NCBI GenBank assembly: GCA_041690135.1
Contig: JAWLHY010000002.1
Coordinates: 976,342 to 1,040,341, forward strand
Direction: 5' to 3'
Length of the DNA stretch: 64,000 nt
Source of the DNA: Armatimonadota bacterium
GTDB taxonomy: Bacteria > Armatimonadota > SYMT01
Every line of letters begins with the position of its first letter. The stretch's first letter is position 1. Under the pieces are notes generated by a model, which was given only the letters and a program-made list of their open reading frames with translations, made no database searches and was not told where the DNA came from. Shown piece by piece: positions 9,372-17,859 of the stretch. Position numbers and translations under genes: made by a program.

Positions 9372-9871
9372 AAACGCAAAGGGCGCAAAGGACGCGAAGG
9401 GCGCAAAGAAAAGCGCAAGCGCGTTGGGTTCAGAGATTCAAGACACGGCGATGAATACCGTCTTTCGCGCGTTCAACATTGAAATTGACCAGCAGACCCA
9501 GCTTGCAGCCAGTCAACCGCAAGTACACCAGGATCTGTGCTTCATGCACGGGGTGGATCGCCTCTACGGACTTGCACTCGATGATGACCTTGCCGCCTAC
9601 GAGGAAATCCAGCCGAAAGCTGCTCTTGAGGGGCGTGCCTTTATAGGAGACGGGGATCTTCTTCTCCCTTTCGAAGGGTATTCCACGGCTCGTCATCTCC
9701 AGTTCGAGTGCCTGGCGGTACACCGCTTCGGGCAAGCCCGGACCCAGCGTCCGGTGCACCTCGATGATCGTACCGATCACCGCGTATGATAGGGCGTCCT
9801 CCTCCGTCGGCATTTTTTTGCTCCTTCAATCCTTCTTTGCGCTCTTCGCGTCCTTCGCGCCCTTTGCGTTT
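9372..9871. mobile_element. Candidate GxxExxY cassette bounded by 39-bp inverted repeats
   Basis: 9372-9410 and 9833-9871 are reverse complements at 37/39 positions, each built of CGC(A/G)AAG(G/A)(G/A) 9-mers; they enclose only the GxxExxY gene. Confidence 0.6.
9430..9813 (-). CDS. GxxExxY protein (PD-(D/E)XK nuclease-like)
   Basis: LGPGLPEAVY, RLDFLV..IIECKS, HEAQILVYL, GLLVNF; SD AAGGAG upstream. Confidence 0.93.
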   Translation of the reverse strand: MPTEEDALSYAVIGTIIEVHRTLGPGLPEAVYRQALELEMTSRGIPFEREKKIPVSYKGTPLKSSFRLDFLVGGKVIIECKSVEAIHPVHEAQILVYLRLTGCKLGLLVNFNVERAKDGIHRRVLNL

Positions 9872-12372
9872 TGCGGTGCAGGCAGCCCCAGGTGTCTATG
9901 CAGGAAATTGAAGGACCCCACCCCGTTAATCTCGTGTGGCCCCACGAACCACTCGATCTCGGTGCGCTCGGGGATTCCCAGGCGGTGGTAGCGCTGGTCG
10001 ACGCGGGCGAACTCGTAGCCGACCCACTCGTCGATGGCGACGCCGTCGTTGCGGCCGCGCTCCACCATGAAGGGACGGGGGCAGATCAGCCATGCCATCT
10101 CCGCGTAGTTGAACGTGTTCCCCAGGTCGAACTCGAAGATCTCGTACTCGCCGGTGAACATGTAGCTGAAGGGGTGGCTCACGGTGGCGTTCTTCGCGAT
10201 CCACTCGTTGAAGTCGCCGGAGCAGATGGAGGCGCAGTAACGCTCCAGGAGGGCCGGCACCCGCATCGCTGTTTTGCCGCCGTAGCTCAGGCCGTAGAAG
10301 GCTATCCGCTCGGCGTCCACGAACGGCTGCCCGGCCAGCCAGTCCAGGATGCGCTCGTGCTGCCGGACGATCACGGAGAAGAGGGTTTTCTTGAGGGGGT
10401 TCAGCTTCCGCTGGAGCACGCGGAACTTGTCTTTGCCGATGTAGGGGTTCTGCGGGGAGAAGGTGATGAAGCCGCGTTCCGTGAGCCGGTTCGCGAACTG
10501 GTGGTAGTGGGGGTTGTTGACCTTCGGGTCGGCGACCTGCTGCGGCTTCCCTTCCAGTCCATGCTGGCACACCACCACCGGCCGCCGCTCGCCGGGCCGT
10601 AGGTCTTTCGGGACCAGCAGGATCCCGTAGGCGTAAACGTCGGGATAGACGTCCAGCATCACCTCGTAGCCGCGATAGGTTGGCTCGTCGTAAACCAGCC
10701 GGGTGCGCGGGTTCATCGGTTCGGAAGCTGGAGGCAGCTTGCCGATGACCTCTTCCCAGAACAGGTCGCGGTACCGGCGGGTGCTCTCGCGCCACTTCTC
10801 CACGCTCGACCCATCGGCCTTGGCCCACAGTTCATTGCGCCGGAACTCTCCCTCCCGCATCATCCGCTGCGTGTGTTCGACGAGTTGGTCGAATTGCCGC
10901 TTGAACCGGACCTCCGGGTCGAAGCCGGTCCGACGGTCCTTGAGGAGGCGCGGGGTGGCCGGGGCGCGACCGGAGGTTTCCAGGCCCAGGCCGCCCATGA
11001 GCTCGGTGAGGGCATTCCAGCTCCCCGGTTGCCCGCTTTTGCTTTCGACTACCTGAAGCCAGGGACGGCTGCCGAGCCCCAGCGTGAGCCTTCGGGCACG
11101 GTCTGCCTCCGCGGTCACCTCGGCCAGGGCGGGGGTAACGATGGTGCCCGGAGCGGCCCCGGCACGTCCCGTGCGGGCAGCGGGTGGGCCGGAGACCTCC
11201 GGAAACCGGCAGTGCTCCACCACCAGCGGGCGCGGGGCGATCAGGCTGCCGACCTCCGCATCTCCGAATTCCTCCAGCAGCCCGAACACGTTCCGGTAGA
11301 TCGGCTCGCTCCATACTTTCTCTCGCGGTTGGAAGTAGCCGCTCACCAGGGCCGCATCAATCCGCGAGTCGAGAGCCGCCGCATAGAGCGCCAGCAGCCC
11401 ACCCTCCCCATACCCGACGACCCCGATGGGGGTGGAAGGTAGATCCTGCCCTGCCCCGTTGGAGCCAGGATCACTCCCACCCCGAGCACCTGAAGACCCG
11501 AACACCCGAACACCTGACCGCCCGACTGCCTGACTACCCGACCCGCTCATCCAATCCACGGCGCTGAGCACCTTCTGGATCTCGTAGCCGATGACGTGGC
11601 GCCCCATCTCGAAGGCCGCCCGGTAGATGAATTCCCGGTGCGGCTGGTTGGTCATCCGGATCGCCGGGTTGCCGGAGTGGGTGTCCTTCCGGTCGATCAA
11701 CATGGGGATCAACACCCGGCAGCCCCGCTCGGCCAGGAGACGAGCGTAGCGGGCTTCCGGGGAAACGCCGGGCGCGAGGCCCGCCAGCATCTCCGGGGTC
11801 CAGTCGCAGTCCGGTAGGGCGATGATTTGCGCGGCCGGCCGATGGTCGTTCGGCTCCAGCAGGAGCCCCTCGGCCTCGAAGCCTTTCAGCACGGGCCACC
11901 GGACCGCCAGCACGCGATATCGCTTTGTCTTCGCGACTGCTTCCGTGCCGGTAGGGGAACCAATTACTTCCAGGTCGGCGAAAGGTTCTCGGGTGTCGAC
12001 CACCCCCAGGTACTTCCGCAGGCGCTGCCGGTTCGGCTCCACGAACCGGTGGTAAGCCTCGGGCGAGGAGAAGTCTCGCTTCCAGTGGTGAGCCCGCTGC
12101 TCCACCGAGCGGCTTAGCTCGCGGTCGAGGAAGCGGTCGATCCCCGCCACCATCTGTTCCGCCAGGTCGCCTTCCTGCTTCAGTAGTTGCGTGCCCCCGA
12201 GCGGTTCACCCGCGGCATCCGCCCGCGCCGCTCCCCCGGACAGCACGGTCGAAGTCACCGCGCCCACCGCCAACAGCACCCACACCCACATCGATCCGCC
12301 CACCGCTTCCTCCTCCGGCGCCGGCTTACTTTCGGCGACCCTAATCGGTTTCTCCCGCCGGAGCGGATCCAC
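9826..12372 (-). CDS. Secreted tandem alpha/beta-hydrolase (dienelactone hydrolase-like)
   Basis: Two hydrolase modules (GYGEGG; VVVCQHGLEG and YGLSYGG). True start may be ATG 12291 (MWVWVLLAV, signal-like). Confidence 0.8.
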   Translation of the reverse strand: MDPLRREKPIRVAESKPAPEEEAVGGSMWVWVLLAVGAVTSTVLSGGAARADAAGEPLGGTQLLKQEGDLAEQMVAGIDRFLDRELSRSVEQRAHHWKRDFSSPEAYHRFVEPNRQRLRKYLGVVDTREPFADLEVIGSPTGTEAVAKTKRYRVLAVRWPVLKGFEAEGLLLEPNDHRPAAQIIALPDCDWTPEMLAGLAPGVSPEARYARLLAERGCRVLIPMLIDRKDTHSGNPAIRMTNQPHREFIYRAAFEMGRHVIGYEIQKVLSAVDWMSGSGSQAVGRSGVRVFGSSGARGGSDPGSNGAGQDLPSTPIGVVGYGEGGLLALYAAALDSRIDAALVSGYFQPREKVWSEPIYRNVFGLLEEFGDAEVGSLIAPRPLVVEHCRFPEVSGPPAARTGRAGAAPGTIVTPALAEVTAEADRARRLTLGLGSRPWLQVVESKSGQPGSWNALTELMGGLGLETSGRAPATPRLLKDRRTGFDPEVRFKRQFDQLVEHTQRMMREGEFRRNELWAKADGSSVEKWRESTRRYRDLFWEEVIGKLPPASEPMNPRTRLVYDEPTYRGYEVMLDVYPDVYAYGILLVPKDLRPGERRPVVVCQHGLEGKPQQVADPKVNNPHYHQFANRLTERGFITFSPQNPYIGKDKFRVLQRKLNPLKKTLFSVIVRQHERILDWLAGQPFVDAERIAFYGLSYGGKTAMRVPALLERYCASICSGDFNEWIAKNATVSHPFSYMFTGEYEIFEFDLGNTFNYAEMAWLICPRPFMVERGRNDGVAIDEWVGYEFARVDQRYHRLGIPERTEIEWFVGPHEINGVGSFNFLHRHLGLPAPQNAKGAKDAKSAKKD
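11481..11544. repeat. Eight degenerate 8-mers (CC[C/T]GAnnn) inside the hydrolase CDS
   Basis: cccgagca cctgaaga cccgaaca cccgaaca cctgaccg cccgactg cctgacta cccgaccc. Confidence 0.75.
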
Positions 12373-12407
12373 CTGTGCCGGTACCGGTACCTGACCTCAA
12401 TGCAAGT

Positions 12408-12438
12408 GCGGACCCCGCCCAATTGGGGCGGGGTCCGC
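12408..12438. terminator. 13-bp GC hairpin after the Tim44-like gene
   Basis: GCGGACCCCGCCC-aattg-GGGCGGGGTCCGC. Confidence 0.5.
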
Positions 12439-12484
12439 GCACGGTCGCTGGGGGCAGCGTTTCGGTAGGTAGTAGGCGCTAATA

Positions 12485-13228
12485 TCAGGCAGGTCTGGGG
12501 CTGCCGGCGGCACCCACGGGCGCCGTCAACTCGTTCACCAGCTTCGCATACTGAAGGGAGAGTGAGCCTTCCTCGATGTTGGCCACCAGCCACCGGCCGT
12601 GCTCGAAAACGAGCGTCCACACGGCCTCCACGTCCGTGTAACCGGGCTTGCCCTGGACTACCTTACCGCTCTGGCGCTCTGCGAGGTAGTCTTCCATCTC
12701 GGCCGTGATGGAGACCACGAGGCGGGAACCCTCCAGGTCGCCCTGGTTGTTCCGGTAACGCACGAACAGCGGGCGGATGTTATTGATCTTCTTCACGCGG
12801 CAGTGGTTCACCAGCCCATCCCGCTCCCACTGGTCCAGGTAGGCCAGTTGCTGGTTCTGCCAGTACCAATCGGTCATCCACTGGGAGGCTTCGTACATGT
12901 CCTCTTTGCGCCATGCGGCATGCACCCGGTGGAAGGATTCGGTGACTCGCTCCTTGAGCTGGAGCCAGTCGAACGCGTCGTGTGTGCCGGCGAGTTGCCG
13001 CAGGTCGCGCAGCGTCCGCCGTACAGCGATCGATTCCGTGATCTGGACATACAGAATCAGCGGTAAGAAGATCAGCACCAGCAAAGTCAGGAAGATCTTG
13101 CCGGGTGTCGACCGGAACAGGCCGGAGGCGATCTTCCCACCGGGCGCCGCCAGGGCCGGGTCTGGGAAGAGGAAGAGGCAGGCAGCCACGGCGGCAAAAA
13201 CCAGCAGCGGGACCAGGTATTTCCTCAT
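12485..13228 (-). CDS. Tim44-like domain membrane protein
   Basis: ATG 13228 with GGAGG SD; signal peptide plus TM helix; F..VHAAW, and EAVWTL...WLVANIE at the C-terminus. Confidence 0.7.
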   Translation of the reverse strand: MRKYLVPLLVFAAVAACLFLFPDPALAAPGGKIASGLFRSTPGKIFLTLLVLIFLPLILYVQITESIAVRRTLRDLRQLAGTHDAFDWLQLKERVTESFHRVHAAWRKEDMYEASQWMTDWYWQNQQLAYLDQWERDGLVNHCRVKKINNIRPLFVRYRNNQGDLEGSRLVVSITAEMEDYLAERQSGKVVQGKPGYTDVEAVWTLVFEHGRWLVANIEEGSLSLQYAKLVNELTAPVGAAGSPRPA

Positions 13229-13413
13229 CAGTAACCTCCACAAGCAGGTAGCCGGCCAAGTCACTCGCTTTCCGGCACTTAATAGAGTGTTCCACACGCT
13301 TCAGATCAACTCCTGTCGTGAGAGGATCAGGCTGTGGAGTGCTGGCCACCCTGCCTCCAATAGCCCTGGGTGACAGATGCCTCGGCGGCTGTTCTGCAAC
13401 GCCTTCGACTCCC

Positions 13414-16400
13414 TCATCGACCCACTCCCAGCAGGCTGACGCGCGCGTTGGCACGGGCCGCGTCGGTCGTCACCAGATTCAGGAGGCCCTTCGAGCGTCC
13501 CCGGGCGGTGGGTTCATACTGGAGCGTAAGTGTTGCCGAACCGCGGGGCGGCAGCGTGAGGGTGCGGCCGCCGCCGACCAGCGTAAACGGCTGCGCCGGC
13601 TCGGGCACGGTGACCTGAAGGGGCTCGGTGCGATGGAGGTTGCGAATCACCAGTGGGCGAGTTCTGGAAGTGCCCAGGGTTACCTTCCCGAAGTTCACCT
13701 TGGCGGTTACCTTGAGTTTCCCGCCTCGCGTGGTGGCGCTGCCTTCGGCCGCGGAAGGGGAGTCCCCCGAGGCGTTGGTGGCCCATAGCCGGTAGTGGTA
13801 CGTGGTTCCGGGAGTGAGACTCGTATCGGCGTGGGAGAGCGTTCCCACCGGCACGCTGGCGAGGGGCGCGAAACCGCTCTTGCCCGTGCTGCGCTCGATC
13901 CGGTAGGCGGTTGGGGTGGGGTTCTGTTCGGTCCAGGTGAGGTCGGCTGCGGTCTTGGATCGGATCAGGACCTGCAGCCCCGCCGGCGGCAGCGGCAAGG
14001 TGTAGGCGGTTGCCGCGCCGGTGTAGGCGGAGCCGCCGCCGCTGTTCACCGCCCGCACCCGGTACGTGTAGGGGGTGTTCGGCGTGCGACCCGCATCGGC
14101 GAAGCTGGTGCTGCCGGCGCCGAGGGAAGCCAGTAGGGTAAAAGCGCCCGATCCGTGGCTCCGCTCCACCTCGAAGTGGGTCTCGTTGGTGCTGGTATCC
14201 TCCCAGGTGAGGTTGAGTTGAGTGGGGGAAACGGCCGTCACCGCCAGTCCCGTGGGCGCGGACGGCGGGTTCGGCAAGGTGCGGGCGGAGACTTCATCTG
14301 TAAAGGGGGATGCTCCCGAGTTGTTGACCGTCCGGATGCGGTAGACGTACTCCGTGTCGGCCGTCAGCCCGGTATCTGTATACGCTGTGGCGCCGGCGCT
14401 GACGGTGACGGAGAAGTCGGACGGACTTCCCGCGATCCGTCGCTCGATCTCGGTGGCGGCGGGCACGGGGTTGGGATCGTTCCAGCTCAGGGCCAGGCGG
14501 GTTTGCGACTCCACGCTCGCGGTGAGGCCGGCGGGCGGAAGGGGCAATGTGGTTCCTAGCACCGGTCCGGCATAGTCGGAAGCACCCCCGGCGTTGACGG
14601 CGCGCACACGGTAGGTGCGGCTGGAATTAGCGGGCAGCCCCGCCTCGCTGAACGTCACCGCGCCGGCAGGGAGGGTGGCGATCCGGGAATAGTTTTGATC
14701 CGTATTTCGCCGTTCCACTTCAAAGGCGCTTTCGTTGGTGCTGGCGTCCACCCACTGGAGCGTCAGTTGGGTGGTCGAGTCCGCGATGACGGTGAGGCCC
14801 GTCGGAGGGGCGGGAGGGAGGGGAAGGGTCTGCTCGCTCTCGGGCCCCGCGTAGGCGGAAGCGCCCCCCGCGTTGGTGGCGCGGACCCGGTAGGTGTATT
14901 CCCGCTCCGGCTCCAGGCCGGTATCGGCAAAGGCAGTCTGGTTCGGACCGAGCTTCACCAGCAGCGCGAAACTGCTGGGGTCTTGTCCGCGTTCCAGCTC
15001 AAAGAACTCCTCACGGCTGGTCTGGTCCACCCACTGGAGATTGATCTGGGTCGAGGAGACGGCGGTAGCGGTCAGGTGGGTGGGCGGGTCCGGGGGAGGG
15101 GGTAGTGTGGTGGCAGTTGCCATGGCGGAGTAGCGGGACGGGCCACCGGGGTTCACCGCCCGCACCCGGTAGGTGTACGTCGTTTCCGCGGTGAGGCCGG
15201 TGTCGGGGTGGGTGGGCGTGTCGGCGGCGGTTGACGCGATCCGCACGAAGGGCGCCCCGGAAGCAGCGGTGCCGGGCTTTCGCTCCAGCTCGAACGTCGC
15301 CTCGTTATCGCTGGCATCGACCCAGGTCAGCATCATCGTGGTCTGGCTCGTCGGAAGCGCGGTGAGGCCGGTGGGCACGGCCGGAGGCGGCATGACACCC
15401 ACTTTGCTGACAAAGGTATCGGCGAAGCCACGCCCGTGGCTCGGCTGGAACGGCGACGCCGTGGGAAAGTCGAGGCTGCTGGTTTCTCCCTGTACGTAGG
15501 CGTTTCCGGCGGCGTCCACGGCCAGCGCCACGCCCCGTTCCTCTCCGGAGCCGCCCAGGTAAGTGGAATACACCAGGCCCGGCGTTGCCGGATCTATCTT
15601 GGTGAGGAAGGCATCCGTGGCCGGGCTGGCCCGCTGCGCCTGCAGGGCCTCCACCGTGGGGAAAAGGTCCGATTGTGTTTCGCCCGCCACGTACACCGCC
15701 CCGGCCGGGTCCAGCGCCAGGGCGTAGGCGAAATCGTTGGCGTTTCCACCGAGTAACGTGGAGAAGGCCAGCGTGGGGCCACTCAGATCGACCTGCGCGA
15801 CGAATACGTCCGCCGCACCCCCGTGAACCGCCTGCAGCGGACGGACCAGCGGGAAATCGTCCGATCCGGTGTAACCCGTGAGGAACAGGGCTCCCTGCCC
15901 ATCCAGCGCCACTGCGTGGGCTTCGTCATCCAGGGCGCCACCGAGGGTGGAAGCGTGAAGGAGGCCGGAGCCGGCGCTGTTGACGTGTACCAGAAATGCG
16001 GACCGCTGGTCGCGCGGGAACATCGGGTTCACGAGTGGGAAGTCGTGGGAATGCGTGTAGCCAACCAGGTAGACGCTGCCGTCTGTCTCGAGCGCCAGGT
16101 CGGTCACCAGGTCCGTGTCGAAGCCGCCGAGATAGGAGGAGTAGACCAATGCAGTCGCCGTGGGATTGATCTTCGCAATGAAGCCTTCGGTGGAGAAGGT
16201 GAGCGGGACGCGAAACGGATTCAGCGTGGGAAAGTCACTGGACTGCGTGCTGCCCCCGACATAGACATTCCCGGCGGCATCCAGCGCGATACAGCGTCCG
16301 ATGTCCTCCGCCTCACCGCCCAGGTAAGTGCTGTAGAGCAGGACGTTTCCCGCGGCGTTAAAGTGGGCGACGAAGCCATCGATGTAACCCCGGTTCTGCT

Positions 16401-17544
16401 GCTGGAGCGATACAGTCACCGGCAGGTTGGTGGCGCTGGACTCTCCGGCTACATACAACGAGCCGTCGGCGCCGAGCACCATGTCGTGGATCATCTCCCA
16501 GCCGTTTCCACCGAAGTAGGTGGCGTAGGTGAGGCTCGTGCCGGTGGGGTCCAACCGGGCGATGAACGCGTCCGTTACGGAAAAGAGCTCCGGATCGAAT
16601 GCATTCGGCGCGGGAAAGTCCGGGGAGTAGGTCATCCCGGAGAGCAGGACGCTGCCATCCTCCGCAAGCAGGAGGGCGCCGCCGTACTCGTAGTTGCTTC
16701 CGCCGAGGTATGACGAGAAGGTGAGGACCGGATCGATCACCAGGGGGCGGCGGGGATCGTAACTTCCCACACTCACGGTTACTTGGCCGTCCGCCTGGAG
16801 GCAGTAACGGCTCTCGACCGGCTGGCGCTCGCCGTTAACCTCCTGATACGACACCGGCCGGAGCTGCCGCAGGTCTCCCGCATCCGTGTGCAGCAGCAGG
16901 TCCCCGCTTTCGGTCAGCGCGGTGCCCCCCGTACTTTCGTAGGTCATCCGGATAGACGCCGGGTCGGCGCCCGGGGCGACGATGAAGTCGTGCTCGAGTT
17001 GCTGCTGGTTGCCGTAATAGACCAGGTCGATCCCGGGATAAACCTCCTCGTACCGGATGCGACCGTACGTCCGCACATCCGTACGCCACTTTGCGGGATC
17101 GTTGCCGTGGTAGTAGTTCACCCGGCCGGGGAGTGGCTCCAGCTTCGTACCTGGCGCGGACTGGTTGGCGCCTAGCAGGCGCATGTGAACCACGGAGGGT
17201 GAATCGGTGGGGAGCGGAGGGGCCGACCGGTTCCGGGAGCCGCCCCGGACCCCGGTCATCATCTTGCGCGGGGCTGGAGGGACGACCACTACCGACTCGG
17301 TGGCCGAAATGGCGACGGCATAACCGGCGCCGCGGGTTACGAAATCCGGCGCCACCCCCTCTACCCCGGATAGGCCTTTTCCGTTTCCGGCTTCGAAATG
17401 GAGCGGCACCCGTCCCCAACTGCGCAGGAGGCGGTCCTGGGTCGGAGCACCGGCGGGGACTGTGGCCGGACCGACCTGGCCCCGGCTTGCGGCCAGCACC
17501 AGCATCCCCGCCAGCACAAAGAAAATGGAAGAGACACGACGCAT
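13414..17544 (-). CDS. Large surface protein: SBBP beta-propeller repeats, 6 fibronectin type III domains, C-terminal ASH/Ig-like domain
   Basis: ATG 17544 with signal peptide; VYPGIDLVYYGN/LVIDP N-domain; repeated YSTYLGG and G.T.S.DFP; six FN3 (W...Y.YRVRAVN); VNFGKV C-domain. Confidence 0.88.
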   Translation of the reverse strand: MRRVSSIFFVLAGMLVLAASRGQVGPATVPAGAPTQDRLLRSWGRVPLHFEAGNGKGLSGVEGVAPDFVTRGAGYAVAISATESVVVVPPAPRKMMTGVRGGSRNRSAPPLPTDSPSVVHMRLLGANQSAPGTKLEPLPGRVNYYHGNDPAKWRTDVRTYGRIRYEEVYPGIDLVYYGNQQQLEHDFIVAPGADPASIRMTYESTGGTALTESGDLLLHTDAGDLRQLRPVSYQEVNGERQPVESRYCLQADGQVTVSVGSYDPRRPLVIDPVLTFSSYLGGSNYEYGGALLLAEDGSVLLSGMTYSPDFPAPNAFDPELFSVTDAFIARLDPTGTSLTYATYFGGNGWEMIHDMVLGADGSLYVAGESSATNLPVTVSLQQQNRGYIDGFVAHFNAAGNVLLYSTYLGGEAEDIGRCIALDAAGNVYVGGSTQSSDFPTLNPFRVPLTFSTEGFIAKINPTATALVYSSYLGGFDTDLVTDLALETDGSVYLVGYTHSHDFPLVNPMFPRDQRSAFLVHVNSAGSGLLHASTLGGALDDEAHAVALDGQGALFLTGYTGSDDFPLVRPLQAVHGGAADVFVAQVDLSGPTLAFSTLLGGNANDFAYALALDPAGAVYVAGETQSDLFPTVEALQAQRASPATDAFLTKIDPATPGLVYSTYLGGSGEERGVALAVDAAGNAYVQGETSSLDFPTASPFQPSHGRGFADTFVSKVGVMPPPAVPTGLTALPTSQTTMMLTWVDASDNEATFELERKPGTAASGAPFVRIASTAADTPTHPDTGLTAETTYTYRVRAVNPGGPSRYSAMATATTLPPPPDPPTHLTATAVSSTQINLQWVDQTSREEFFELERGQDPSSFALLVKLGPNQTAFADTGLEPEREYTYRVRATNAGGASAYAGPESEQTLPLPPAPPTGLTVIADSTTQLTLQWVDASTNESAFEVERRNTDQNYSRIATLPAGAVTFSEAGLPANSSRTYRVRAVNAGGASDYAGPVLGTTLPLPPAGLTASVESQTRLALSWNDPNPVPAATEIERRIAGSPSDFSVTVSAGATAYTDTGLTADTEYVYRIRTVNNSGASPFTDEVSARTLPNPPSAPTGLAVTAVSPTQLNLTWEDTSTNETHFEVERSHGSGAFTLLASLGAGSTSFADAGRTPNTPYTYRVRAVNSGGGSAYTGAATAYTLPLPPAGLQVLIRSKTAADLTWTEQNPTPTAYRIERSTGKSGFAPLASVPVGTLSHADTSLTPGTTYHYRLWATNASGDSPSAAEGSATTRGGKLKVTAKVNFGKVTLGTSRTRPLVIRNLHRTEPLQVTVPEPAQPFTLVGGGRTLTLPPRGSATLTLQYEPTARGRSKGLLNLVTTDAARANARVSLLGVGR

Positions 17545-17859
17545 TCGAAATTCCCCGTTAATCCTGGTCAGGCCCGACGCAGCCAACAAATGCCGGTAAC
17601 CCAGGCAAAGTGGCGATCGGAAGACAGTTTTCCAGGCCGGAAAAGAGTTCCTGTTCCGGCAGTGCTTTTCGCGTCTCCGTGCAGTTTGCCGGTCGCCGGG
17701 TTTGGGGAAGGCATCCAGGCATCCTGCAGAGGAAGCGCAGGTTTGCTCCGTAGAGTTCCCCGTCGGCCGTGTTCCTCCCGGCCGGCGGCAGGCAGGGTCC
17801 CGCGCCCAATTGGGAGAACTAACTGACGGTTTGCCCGCTCCATCCGTCCGGAGGTCCCC

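Noticed and set aside
13750-15400. Repeated DNA segments in the large surface protein
   Set aside because: Explained by six FN3 domains; not a separate repeat element.
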